From positions 1-33,968 of IMG/VR virus record IMGVR_UViG_3300048598_000398: a stretch of DNA of 33,968 nucleotides; one strand, given 5' to 3'. Shown piece by piece: positions 24,111-32,904 of this stretch. Every line of letters starts with the position of its first letter. Within the stretch, counting starts at the first letter, position 1. The DNA is from a virus (lineage: Duplodnaviria; Caudoviricetes). Position numbers and translations under genes: made by a program. Below the pieces are notes generated by a model. The model did no database searches. It saw only the letters and a list, made by a program, of their open reading frames with translations, and had not been told where the DNA came from.

Positions 24111-25457
24111 ATGGTTGAACAGATGCTTCCTGTTTTTCAGCTGCAGGCTAACAAGTTTAATCCTAACGTGATGCAGCCCGAAGAGTTTGAGGCGTTGAAG
24201 GCTGACATGAAAACGGTTGGTCCTAAACGCATTGATTCTGTTCTGGTCAGTCCGTACCTTGCTTTTTATCCGTGTGAGGATAATGAGGAGAATCGGGCGT
24301 TTTTTGCTGAGCATCCAACTTACGTTATAGTTGACGGTGAGCATCGTTGGCGTGGCGCCTCTGATCTTAAGTGGGGAGAGCTCCGCTGCGATCTTGAGGA
24401 GATTAGTGAGGAAGATGCTAAGGGTATTTGTTACCGTAAAAGTAAGGAACGCGGCTCTATTGACCCGTTTAAGGAAGCTGCGCTTTTCAAGAGTGAGGTT
24501 GATGTTGGCCTTACTCAGAAGGAGATTGCTGAAAAATTCATCATTGACTCCTCGACGGTTAGTCATCGTTTGAGCCTTTTGCGGCTTGTGCCTGAAATTA
24601 AAGAGAAAATCTCCATGATGCCACGTGGCACAATCACGCCGAGTCACTTAGAGCCGATTGCAACACTACCGGAAGAGGAGCAAAAGAAAATTTCCTTTAA
24701 AAATCAATGGGGAAATCAGGAGGTTCGATCTGTTAGGGACATTTCGGAAGATGTTCAAAAGGTTAAAGCTGACCTTAAGCGGAAAGAAGATCTAAAAAGG
24801 GCTCTTGAAACGGCTATTTTTCCAAAATGTCCTAAATGTGGTGCTGAGCAACTTCCTGATATTTTCCATGGATTGCCCTGGGTTGACTGTTCAAGTGGTA
24901 ACCATAATCATTCTTGGAACCTAGATACGGGTAAAGGACATTATGAGCAGGAACAAGCAGAACAACACAAAATTAACGGTGACAAGCCTGAGCCAATACA
25001 AACAAGTGTTCTACGTTGTGCTCATACTGTTGCAGAATTAAGCAACACTTTTGAACAGCGAATTAAGGATTTCTTTCCCAAAATTCTAAAGATTGAGCAT
25101 TTTGCGGTTAGAGGAACGATTGAAGGTAAAGTGCCGTTCAGTATTGACTTCTCAAATAATGCACCACACAGCCTGACAGTTAGCCTAAACATCAACCATG
25201 GGTATGCAAACTTTAGAGCTGAAGCAAAAGAGTATCGGAGTGGTGAAAAATCTAAGGTTGATACTTATTCGCCTGCTAACGTTGATCCTGTTAGGGAATT
25301 TATTGAGCTAGCTTTTCAGGGTAAGCTTGATGTTCCGGACAAAAAGTCAAAGAAGGCGCCTGAGTTTGGCACCTGTAGCAGTTGTGGTAAGGAGAACGCG
25401 GTTCTTGTCGGCGACAAGCTTTGCGGTGAGTGTTTTGCTGAGGAGGAATCATCTTAG
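24111..25457 (+). CDS. parB: ParB/Srx-family protein with HTH and Zn fingers
   Basis: FNPN, IVDGEHRWR, HTH LTQKEIAEKFIIDSSTVSHRLSLL. Confidence 0.85.
   Translation: MVEQMLPVFQLQANKFNPNVMQPEEFEALKADMKTVGPKRIDSVLVSPYLAFYPCEDNEENRAFFAEHPTYVIVDGEHRWRGASDLKWGELRCDLEEISEEDAKGICYRKSKERGSIDPFKEAALFKSEVDVGLTQKEIAEKFIIDSSTVSHRLSLLRLVPEIKEKISMMPRGTITPSHLEPIATLPEEEQKKISFKNQWGNQEVRSVRDISEDVQKVKADLKRKEDLKRALETAIFPKCPKCGAEQLPDIFHGLPWVDCSSGNHNHSWNLDTGKGHYEQEQAEQHKINGDKPEPIQTSVLRCAHTVAELSNTFEQRIKDFFPKILKIEHFAVRGTIEGKVPFSIDFSNNAPHSLTVSLNINHGYANFRAEAKEYRSGEKSKVDTYSPANVDPVREFIELAFQGKLDVPDKKSKKAPEFGTCSSCGKENAVLVGDKLCGECFAEEESS
24619..24630. promoter_or_regulatory. Palindrome TGCCACGTGGCA, parS-like copy 2 (inside parB)
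   Basis: Identical to 3557-3568. Confidence 0.5.
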
Positions 25458-26029
25458 TGGGTTCTCCGGTTGCTTGTCAGGTTTTTGTTTCGGGCGGTAG
25501 AAATCCGGCTGACTATTTCAAGCGTTACAGCATGTTTGAAATTGAGTTAAAGCCAAAAGGTTACGTTTTTCCAAAGCAGGAAGAGGATGATGCAGTCTTT
25601 CAGATAGGTAATGCTGCTGGTTCTGTGGAGGACCTGCGCAGTTATCTTAAGGCGGGTGTTGACGTCTTTGATGGACAGCAAAATTGGTTCTACCTGGATG
25701 ATGCCGAGTTGGATAAGTATGTGCGTGTTTTGCCATCGCCCTTTGACGATCCGGACGCTCAAGTCGAGCTTTCATTTAGTGAGGAGGATGTTGTTTTTGA
25801 TTCGGCTGCTCAGTTGATGCTTGGTTTCTATGATAAGGCGTTTTCTGAGTTGGAGCTAAGTAAACTTGATGTCGATGAGTTGAGGGTTATTTTGGCTGTT
25901 AAAGGCGGCACTGCTGTTGGCGGTAGGAAAAAGGCAGAGTTAGTCGATGCTATACTGCAAAATCAGAAGGCCAAAGGGCTTAATGCCGTCCGAGTTAAGC
26001 AGACGTCGCTTGTGGAGGTTTTTGTTTAA
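25457..26029 (+). CDS. Protein with C-terminal SAP/Rho-N (helix-extension-helix)-like domain
   Basis: LSKLDVDELRVIL...RKKAELVDAIL. Confidence 0.65.
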   Translation: MGSPVACQVFVSGGRNPADYFKRYSMFEIELKPKGYVFPKQEEDDAVFQIGNAAGSVEDLRSYLKAGVDVFDGQQNWFYLDDAELDKYVRVLPSPFDDPDAQVELSFSEEDVVFDSAAQLMLGFYDKAFSELELSKLDVDELRVILAVKGGTAVGGRKKAELVDAILQNQKAKGLNAVRVKQTSLVEVFV

Positions 26030-27535
26030 ATGGTTGTTGGGGAGGGAAATGCTGATCTTGCTTTTGAAGCTTCTGAGCGCGTATTTGGCAATGGTATGCA
26101 CCTTACGGAAGCCCCCTTTGTAAAGTTAGCCGGTGAAGGCCCTGTGTGCAAGTCAGGTATTTTGGATTCTTGTGGTGAGCCAAGTCCTGCCGGTGTCAGC
26201 TCCCAAATCCCCAACTGCCCAAACAACTGTAAAACAGGCAAAATCTACCGCGCAGGCCTACGCTACAATGAAAACGGTTCAACGGTTCAGCGTTGGAAGT
26301 GCACGTGCTGTAAGCAGCGGTTTTCTGACAAGCCTTTAAAAAGTTCTGGCTCCTTAGATAGTGTTCGCCAAATATGCGCAAAAGGAGCGAAAAATTTGTA
26401 CGTGCCAAAGGCGAAATGCTATGGCACGGGAGAACTGCCAGAAGAAACTAAAGCGGCCATAACAGTCTTTGAAGGTTGGCTAAGAAAAGAAGGCTACGCT
26501 GAAAACTGTTACCCAAGTGACATTAAAACATTAGCTTACCTTGGCTGTGACTTAATGGATCCTGAAGACGTTAAAGCCAAAATCGGTGTTCACAAGGTAA
26601 AGAACGGTACAAAGATGCTGCTGTGCTATGCTTACGAAGCTTTCCTAAAAATGCATAAAATGAGTTGGGATCGTCCTGTTTACAGGCAGGAAGAAATTAT
26701 TCCCTTCATCCCTGAAGAAGCAGAGCTTGACCAGTTGATTGCTGCATCTCATAGTAAACGTATGGCGGCTTATCTGCAGACGCTTAAAGAAACTTTCACT
26801 GATCCCGGCGAGGCTCTACTGATTGACCGCAAAGACTTAGCAGGCAAATTCATAACGATTAGGCATCCAGTGAAAAATCATAGGCCAAGAACACTTGAGG
26901 TTTCAGACAAATTAATTGCAATGCTTAACATGTTGCCTCATGATTCGGAGCGTTTCTTTCCCTGCAAGTACAATACGATGTGTGGCACTTTTATCACTTT
27001 GAAACGCCGCGTCGCCTCTATGTCCCATAATGACAGAATCAACTATATTGAGTTGCGATCTTTTCGGCATTGGGGCGGAACTACTGTTGCTGAGCTATCG
27101 AATGGAAACCCGATTTCAGTTATGAAAATGCTGGGCTTAAAAAACGTTGATAATGCGATGAAGTACGTTAACATTTGGAAACTAAGCTTTAGAACAGAAA
27201 CTGATTACGAGTTTTTGGCAGTTACTACGCCTGAAGAATTGAAGGCTGCTTTGTTTGGTGGTTATCAGCATGTGATAGACAAGTTTGGTGCTTCATGGTT
27301 CCGTAGAGCAAAGCGTATTGCGATTGCTGGGACTCCGATTAGTCAAAGACCGGATTTGCCGCAGTGTCCCGACGTTGAAACCCCAATTAATAAACTGGAA
27401 ACCCGATGTCATAAAGCCTTATCACTGACGACAGGCGATGTCTCCCGTGCTCCTCCTTCCTCCTCTTTTTCTTTGGTCTTTGGCGTCTGTTTATTTCTTG
27501 TATTAAACGTGGAGGTTGACCGTTTTGAGCGGTGA
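26030..27535 (+). CDS. Tyrosine recombinase-fold protein with IS1 InsA-like Zn ribbon; degenerate active site
   Basis: CPNNC...QRWKCTCC; box I ETFTDPGEAL; box II RSFRH...LGLKNVDNAMKY. Confidence 0.85.
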   Translation: MVVGEGNADLAFEASERVFGNGMHLTEAPFVKLAGEGPVCKSGILDSCGEPSPAGVSSQIPNCPNNCKTGKIYRAGLRYNENGSTVQRWKCTCCKQRFSDKPLKSSGSLDSVRQICAKGAKNLYVPKAKCYGTGELPEETKAAITVFEGWLRKEGYAENCYPSDIKTLAYLGCDLMDPEDVKAKIGVHKVKNGTKMLLCYAYEAFLKMHKMSWDRPVYRQEEIIPFIPEEAELDQLIAASHSKRMAAYLQTLKETFTDPGEALLIDRKDLAGKFITIRHPVKNHRPRTLEVSDKLIAMLNMLPHDSERFFPCKYNTMCGTFITLKRRVASMSHNDRINYIELRSFRHWGGTTVAELSNGNPISVMKMLGLKNVDNAMKYVNIWKLSFRTETDYEFLAVTTPEELKAALFGGYQHVIDKFGASWFRRAKRIAIAGTPISQRPDLPQCPDVETPINKLETRCHKALSLTTGDVSRAPPSSSFSLVFGVCLFLVLNVEVDRFER

Positions 27536-27737
27536 GCCTGTTTTCGAAGAGATTAAAACTTGCTGCCCTGTTCCTCGTCGGCAGGTTGTTTTGACTCTGC
27601 AGTGCGAAATTCAATCCCAGACTGATGTTGTTTCGGGTGTTCCCTTGTCTTGCAGTTGCAGCGTTGGCTGCTGTCAGGGTATCAAGTGTTTGCTGTTTTT
27701 TGAGCGTATTCAAAGTACCAGGAGAAAAACTAAATGA
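27516..27737 (+). CDS. Small Cys-rich protein
   Basis: CCP...CSC...CC..C; GGAGG near the start (true start may be a few codons downstream). Confidence 0.55.
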   Translation: MTVLSGEPVFEEIKTCCPVPRRQVVLTLQCEIQSQTDVVSGVPLSCSCSVGCCQGIKCLLFFERIQSTRRKTK

Positions 27738-28114
27738 GAAAACAAACTATTCAGGTCTTGACTTTGCGTTCTGCTAAATCGTTTGTTGGTCAGCGTGTCA
27801 ACGTGACTTTAGCGGATTGTGCTGTTCTTGTCAATGTGAAGCTTAAACGGATTGATGAGCAGAAACGCCTTGTTTTTGAAGGTTCACGACTGCCAAAGGT
27901 TAGAGTTAATGAGATTACTTTGATTTCGTCTGCGCCTCCTTTGTGGAAGGATTCTAGTCATGCTCAGAATTTTGGTGTTGGTCCTGTTGTGTTTAATGCT
28001 TGGCGTCTTGGACATCGTTGTGGCGCCGTGACTTGTTCTCGTGGTCGGTTAGGTAATCGTTCTCTTGGGCGCCAGAAGTGTAAGGGTTGTTCTTTTCTAC
28101 AGGAGGCTTCTTAG
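27734..28114 (+). CDS. Hypothetical protein, possible Sm/SH3-like N-terminus and Zn-binding C-terminus
   Basis: FVGQRVNVTLAD; HRC..C...CKGC. Confidence 0.6.
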   Translation: MRKQTIQVLTLRSAKSFVGQRVNVTLADCAVLVNVKLKRIDEQKRLVFEGSRLPKVRVNEITLISSAPPLWKDSSHAQNFGVGPVVFNAWRLGHRCGAVTCSRGRLGNRSLGRQKCKGCSFLQEAS

Positions 28115-28555
28115 GTGTCTTGTCGTGATTGCCTTTTCGTCAAAGTTGACATAGCAAGTGGCGGCGATATTGACGGCTGCTTAAAAGTCGATATTCTTAA
28201 CGAGTTTAAGTGTAAGGTGCTTGAGCCGTTTTCGGGTCTTGGCGTTAGCAAAGAGAAGGCTATGCTGTTTCTAAACTTCGAATCTGTTAAAGTTGACTCT
28301 GAAAAGCAGTGTGTTGAGGTTATGTTTAAGCAGCCAAAACATAGCAACATTGAAGAGTTTGCGCGGCAGAATCGCGAGTTTTTTGAGGCTCGTGAACGGG
28401 CTTGCAGGTCATATAAACAATGGGTTTCTGACCGTTTACGTGCTAATGAGCGGTTGCCCATGTCAATCTTGAGAAGCCGGTATCAGGAGACAGTTGAGCG
28501 TCGACTCTCTGCATATTGTACCAAGCCGTTAGCACCTTTCTTGGAGGTTCCCTAA
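28115..28555 (+). CDS. Hypothetical Cys-containing protein
   Basis: GGAGG-GTG start; CRDC. Confidence 0.65.
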   Translation: MSCRDCLFVKVDIASGGDIDGCLKVDILNEFKCKVLEPFSGLGVSKEKAMLFLNFESVKVDSEKQCVEVMFKQPKHSNIEEFARQNREFFEARERACRSYKQWVSDRLRANERLPMSILRSRYQETVERRLSAYCTKPLAPFLEVP

Positions 28556-29272
28556 TTGTTGAAGTCTGAGCCTAAAACAAGGTTCCGTTTAACAAAGAAA
28601 GTTGGGTTTTCTTGCCCTTATTGTGGTCTTTGGCATAGTGAGCGTTTAACTCAGGAGATTCCTAAAGGGAAAATTCGTCTTGACCCTTACGATGATTTCT
28701 TAGTTGGGCCTCCAGGGGCACGAATTATGTGCAGTTGTGGCGCTGACTTGTTAATCTTGGGTGAACCTGATAACTTTGATGTTATTTGGAGTAATCGTAA
28801 GGAACTCATTCAGGCTAAGGTGCTTAAGACTAAACCTTTAGCGTTAGCGTCTGAGGGTTTGTATTATGATTTAGTCAGGGTTCCGCATGGGCATGTGCCT
28901 GTTGGAAAAGTTTGGTTGTGGCGCCGTTTCCCATTAGTAGTTAAAGAGTTTAGGGGTGACAAGTATTTCACTTGCCCTGATTGTGGAGCTAAAAGTTTCT
29001 TCAAGCAGTCTCCTCATAATTGTGAGGGCTGTAATTGGCGATTATTTGATTTGCGTCATGAAGCTCGTAAGGTTGCTTTGCATAATTTTCAAGCTAAGGG
29101 TTTGAGGCTGGCAAGACGTGATTATTTCCGGCGCTTCCTAAAAGACCTTGATGTTCTTATTTTGCCAGTGATAGCGTTGATGGGTAAAGCTTGGTATGTT
29201 CGTAGTGAACGTACGCATTACGTTGACAAGGTGCCTTATTTCCGTACGCATTTTTGGAGGCGCTTCAACTGA
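28556..29272 (+). CDS. Multi-Zn-ribbon protein
   Basis: CPYC, CSC, CPDC, CEGC. Confidence 0.7.
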   Translation: MLKSEPKTRFRLTKKVGFSCPYCGLWHSERLTQEIPKGKIRLDPYDDFLVGPPGARIMCSCGADLLILGEPDNFDVIWSNRKELIQAKVLKTKPLALASEGLYYDLVRVPHGHVPVGKVWLWRRFPLVVKEFRGDKYFTCPDCGAKSFFKQSPHNCEGCNWRLFDLRHEARKVALHNFQAKGLRLARRDYFRRFLKDLDVLILPVIALMGKAWYVRSERTHYVDKVPYFRTHFWRRFN

Positions 29273-29586
29273 AAGTCAACTATGATTTAGAGTTTTTCTG
29301 TTCGGCTGGTGGGCATACGGTGCCGCATGGTCAGGAGCAGGTTAACGGTACTGGTATCAAGCTTTGTCCGACGCATGGGAAGCGTTTGCGTGCTCGTGTT
29401 GCTCCCGGTGTTGTGAAAAGGCGGCGGTTTTTGGCTAAGCGTGAAGCTCGTAGGCCTACGATTCATTGCCGTTATGTGCATTGTCGTGACAAGTCTTGTC
29501 TTCATCGTAAGTTGGGCGTTCATTGTCCCAAACAAAAAAAAATAAATCGATGGCTTTTGGAGGCGCAGAGTAATGGCAAAGACTAA
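29254..29586 (+). CDS. Basic Cys/His-rich protein (start may be CTG at 29269)
   Basis: CSAGGH...CPTH and a C-terminal Cys cluster. Confidence 0.6.
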   Translation: MEALQLKVNYDLEFFCSAGGHTVPHGQEQVNGTGIKLCPTHGKRLRARVAPGVVKRRRFLAKREARRPTIHCRYVHCRDKSCLHRKLGVHCPKQKKINRWLLEAQSNGKD

Positions 29587-30184
29587 GCAGGTGATTAAGG
29601 TTAATGGTCAGGCGGGTAAGCCGTCTGGGCGTCAGCTGCGTAAGTGGCGTATTCAATCTAGGTGTGGAGAGGATAAGTCGCAGTTGCTTTTTTCTGCGAC
29701 GTCTGGTCAGGAAGTAGAGTTGAAGGCTAATCCGTCAAAGTTTGCAACAATCACACAGAAGGGTATTGATCCTTACTTGAATGTGCGTTGCCCGTTCTGC
29801 CTTAGTCACTTGCCGTTAACCAAGTTCTTGATCACTCTGCTGGATAAGAAGGGTAGAAGTAAAGGGTTTGATCGTGGTCGCGGGAAGTGTCCTCAGTGTG
29901 GCCAAGGTATGCAGCTGCGAACGTTGACGTCTATGCGTAAGTGGATGCTTGCCAGAACTCCAGAAGAGGGCGTTAAACAGTATGCCGCTTGGGTGTATGC
30001 TTATCGCAGCAGCGGTTTTTTCCAGAAAATTAATTTTGCTAACTTTAATTCGATGCTTAAGTCGATGGATTGGAGCCGTGATTTTTGGGATGAGTACAAG
30101 CGGTTAAAGGGTGATTTGCCAAGTGAGGAGCAGCGGGCGGCTGATGATGAGGCTGGCCGGTTGTATGATGAGGTGTTCAGTTAA
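29573..30184 (+). CDS. Zn-ribbon protein
   Basis: CPFC...CPQC; GGAGG SD. Confidence 0.7.
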   Translation: MAKTKQVIKVNGQAGKPSGRQLRKWRIQSRCGEDKSQLLFSATSGQEVELKANPSKFATITQKGIDPYLNVRCPFCLSHLPLTKFLITLLDKKGRSKGFDRGRGKCPQCGQGMQLRTLTSMRKWMLARTPEEGVKQYAAWVYAYRSSGFFQKINFANFNSMLKSMDWSRDFWDEYKRLKGDLPSEEQRAADDEAGRLYDEVFS

Positions 30185-30702
30185 TGCGATTAATCAGGCC
30201 TCTTTCTACCGGTCAACAGGGCTTTTTAGGCATAGGTGCTCATAACCCAATTATTCACACTGCCACTGTAACGGTTGCTTGGGTAAAGCTTTTCAAGAAA
30301 TTGCCTTCATTCAAAGAATTTGTTTGCATTTTCTTCCACGATTTTGGTTATATCTCTTGGAGAGACGAATCCGATTTTGTTGATAATCACCCTGAGCTGG
30401 GTGCTCGTATTTGTAGGTTGCTTTTTGGAAGAGAAGGCTTTGAGCTCTGTATTGGGCATTCTAGAGAGTATTCTTTGAAATATGGCTTAAAGTTGTCAAA
30501 GTTGTGTTTTGCTGACAAGCTTAGTAATCTTGTTTTGCCGCCGTCTGTTTACGGGTTTATTCTTTGGATTGGCGGGACTTTTAGGTGGGCTGAAATGAAC
30601 AAGGGCAGAAAAGGCATGTTTGTTTCAACTGACCTTGGGGAGATTCGTTCTCATTATCGGAAATGGCTTGAAAGGAATTGGTTTTGGGAGTCTTTTCAAT
30701 GA
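30184..30702 (+). CDS. HD-domain phosphohydrolase-like protein
   Basis: H...FHDFGY...HPELGA...GHSR...FADK. Confidence 0.7.
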   Translation: MRLIRPLSTGQQGFLGIGAHNPIIHTATVTVAWVKLFKKLPSFKEFVCIFFHDFGYISWRDESDFVDNHPELGARICRLLFGREGFELCIGHSREYSLKYGLKLSKLCFADKLSNLVLPPSVYGFILWIGGTFRWAEMNKGRKGMFVSTDLGEIRSHYRKWLERNWFWESFQ

Positions 30703-30836
30703 AGGCTATTGATATGGTTCCTTGTCCTAAGAAATGCGGCGATTGTGCCCTGATTTCTTATTTGCGGTGTGCTGCGCGTCATCGGAATCCTGAGTATTAT
30801 CAGTCTTGGAGTTTGGAGCGGGAGATGTACCCATGA
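30699..30836 (+). CDS. Small Cys-rich protein (45 aa)
   Basis: ATGA overlaps at both ends. Confidence 0.55.
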   Translation: MKAIDMVPCPKKCGDCALISYLRCAARHRNPEYYQSWSLEREMYP

Positions 30837-31012
30837 CTGAACAAACCTGCCCTTATCAGAAAAAGAACATGGCAACCATAGACGGTTTACCCTTAGTTTG
30901 CTGGATTAATCCAAAACTCCCTGTTAGATGCGCATACCTCAAACCTGAACAAATCGAATACTGTGAAACCCTGTATTTTGATCGCAAACTAAAACGGGAG
31001 GGACACCTTTGA
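30833..31012 (+). CDS. Small Cys-containing protein
   Basis: ATG 30833 with GGAG SD. Confidence 0.55.
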   Translation: MTEQTCPYQKKNMATIDGLPLVCWINPKLPVRCAYLKPEQIEYCETLYFDRKLKREGHL

Positions 31013-31365
31013 GTAAGGGTTCTTTGGTTAATTTTCTTAGTGAAGAAGATAAAAAGAAACTGCTTACTTTTAAGCCTGCTAGCTCTCTTGCAAAGTACCC
31101 GGCTGCTAAAAAACCAATCAAACAGAATCAGCCAAGAGATAGTGTTCCAGCTGCTGTTGAGCCGGCTAAAGTTGAGGCTTCCTTGCCGGTGCTTGTTGTG
31201 CCGGAGATGTGTGAGTTTGTACGGGATCCTGTTTATGAGGGCTCTATTGGCCGTCGCTGTGTTGATAGTAGTTTTTGTCCTGCGCGGATTTTTGGTAATT
31301 TGGCGCTTTTTCAGGTTTGCCCAACTCGATTAGCAAAGCTCAAGCAAGCAAGTAGGGAGGCTTAA
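31009..31365 (+). CDS. Hypothetical protein
   Basis: GGAGG-TTG start; four Cys in the C-terminal half. Confidence 0.6.
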   Translation: MSKGSLVNFLSEEDKKKLLTFKPASSLAKYPAAKKPIKQNQPRDSVPAAVEPAKVEASLPVLVVPEMCEFVRDPVYEGSIGRRCVDSSFCPARIFGNLALFQVCPTRLAKLKQASREA

Positions 31366-31369
31366 TTTT

Positions 31370-32686
31370 TTGGTAAAGAAAAAACGCATAGTTAAACACG
31401 GTTCAAAACGTCCAGTTCAACGGTTCAATAAGTGTTTTGAACAAAGGCATTCTGTCAACGGTAAACGGTTTACTGGTAACTCTGAGAATGGTGTCTTGCC
31501 TGAGCCTCTGCCAAAGAAGGCGTTGAAAATCCTTAGCGTTTTAGCGGCTAATGGTGTTGCTGGAGAGGCTATGGTTGCTGCTGACTGCGTGAAAAGCAAT
31601 GTTTCCTATTGGGCTAACCGTTTTGTTAAGGCAGGGGCGCTTGTTTTACGAGAAACTCAGGTGCCTAATAGTTCAGGTCCTGTTGGAAAAACTCCTGAGT
31701 ATAAGCCTGGGCATCCGCGTTATTATGACTTGACAAAGCACGGTTCAACACTTCTCACGCTGGGTGATGGTCGTTTGTATTTGCCGATTTTGTTTGAGGA
31801 TCGTCCTTTGATTTTTAAGGTTTTGCAGCGTGAGAATAAGGCGATTCCTTGGAAGCCGATGGGTAATGTGCGGTTTTGGCATAAGAAGGGTATCATGTTG
31901 GCTGGTGTTACGGTTGAGTTGCATGAGGGTTTGGGTCCTAATCATGATCAGGCTAATGTGATGATTCATCCTGGTCACGTTAAGGGCTTTAATGTTGATG
32001 AGTTGATGATGGATTCTGCGCGTATTGTTGAGCAGGTTAAGTTCTTTTTGGAGTCGACTTATGGTATTGTTTTGGAATCGAAGGGGGAGTTGCCTAAGCG
32101 TAGGGATGGTGATGGTCCGATCAGGCCGCGGTGGCATGTTTATGATCCGATTGTTAAGCAGTGGATGGAGTCGGGTTCTGTTGAGATTCCTGGGTATGGT
32201 GCGGCTGATGCTAGTCCTTTGCCGTCTAAGCATGGTGTTCGTGATCCGTTGAGTAATGAGCCTCATTTTGAGTTTGAGAATCCTGCTGATGCCAAGATTG
32301 CGGCTTCTTTGTTTCCTTTTACTTATGATGCTGGTAAGCAGCGGTTGATGGATGGTTTGACTGCGCCGGCGTTGATTAGGGCTACGCATGAGCAGGTGGC
32401 TTCTATGGTTTGTCAGATGTTGGATTTGAAGCGTCAGTTTGGTGTTTTGACTGTTGAGTTTAACAAGGTTAAGGCTGAGACGTCGCAGGTTGGCGGTGTG
32501 ATGGCTGAGTTGCATCGGTTGGCTGATGCTTTGTGTAAGCTTGATAATTTGGATAAGTTGCCAAGTATCGCGGTGGACCTGCAGCGGATTGCTGGTGTGT
32601 TGGGTAAGTTTACTGATTTAGAGGCTGGTCAGGGGAAGGATCCTGCTGCTGCAGCTGGTGAGGGAGGCAAAGGGTATGTTTCTTAA
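31370..32686 (+). CDS. wHTH-containing protein, candidate replication initiator
   Basis: HTH KSNVSYWANRFVKAGAL, central alpha/beta domain with DASP...EPHFE, C-terminal coiled coil; followed by periodic repeats. Confidence 0.5.
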   Translation: MVKKKRIVKHGSKRPVQRFNKCFEQRHSVNGKRFTGNSENGVLPEPLPKKALKILSVLAANGVAGEAMVAADCVKSNVSYWANRFVKAGALVLRETQVPNSSGPVGKTPEYKPGHPRYYDLTKHGSTLLTLGDGRLYLPILFEDRPLIFKVLQRENKAIPWKPMGNVRFWHKKGIMLAGVTVELHEGLGPNHDQANVMIHPGHVKGFNVDELMMDSARIVEQVKFFLESTYGIVLESKGELPKRRDGDGPIRPRWHVYDPIVKQWMESGSVEIPGYGAADASPLPSKHGVRDPLSNEPHFEFENPADAKIAASLFPFTYDAGKQRLMDGLTAPALIRATHEQVASMVCQMLDLKRQFGVLTVEFNKVKAETSQVGGVMAELHRLADALCKLDNLDKLPSIAVDLQRIAGVLGKFTDLEAGQGKDPAAAAGEGGKGYVS

Positions 32687-32715
32687 TATTTCATACATAA
32701 ACCTGATAGTTGGCC

Positions 32716-32742
32716 AGACATCCAGAGACATCTTTAGACTTC
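32716..32742. repeat. Three 10-bp-phased repeats AGAC(A/T)TC (iteron-like)
   Basis: AGACATC 32716, AGACATC 32726, AGACTTC 32736. Confidence 0.55.
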
Positions 32743-32904
32743 TAAAAGTTGCGGTTTTGGATGTGACTGCTTGTTTAAAGCATGTTTTTGGGTGGGTGCT
32801 GGGGCATGGGAAAAGTCCATGCTTTTCGGGTTGGGGTTTTGTGCGGTTGCTTAGTCCTGATTGGTTGGTGTTAAAGTTGTTGTGCGTTGATGGAGTGGAA
32901 TATC

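Noticed and set aside
26216-26326. IS1 element
   Set aside because: Only the InsA-like Zn ribbon is present, fused to the recombinase; no DDE domain or terminal inverted repeats.
26030-27535. tRNA-derived attP inside or beside the integrase (SSV-type)
   Set aside because: I found no T-loop GTTCRAATC motif or tRNA half on either strand by eye; needs tRNAscan and BLASTN to exclude fully.
31745-32515. 256-aa minus-strand ORF and other long antisense ORFs (1651-2202, 23943-24647, 6444-6875)
   Set aside because: Shadows of G/T-biased plus-strand genes; His/Asn/Gln/Thr-rich with no motifs.
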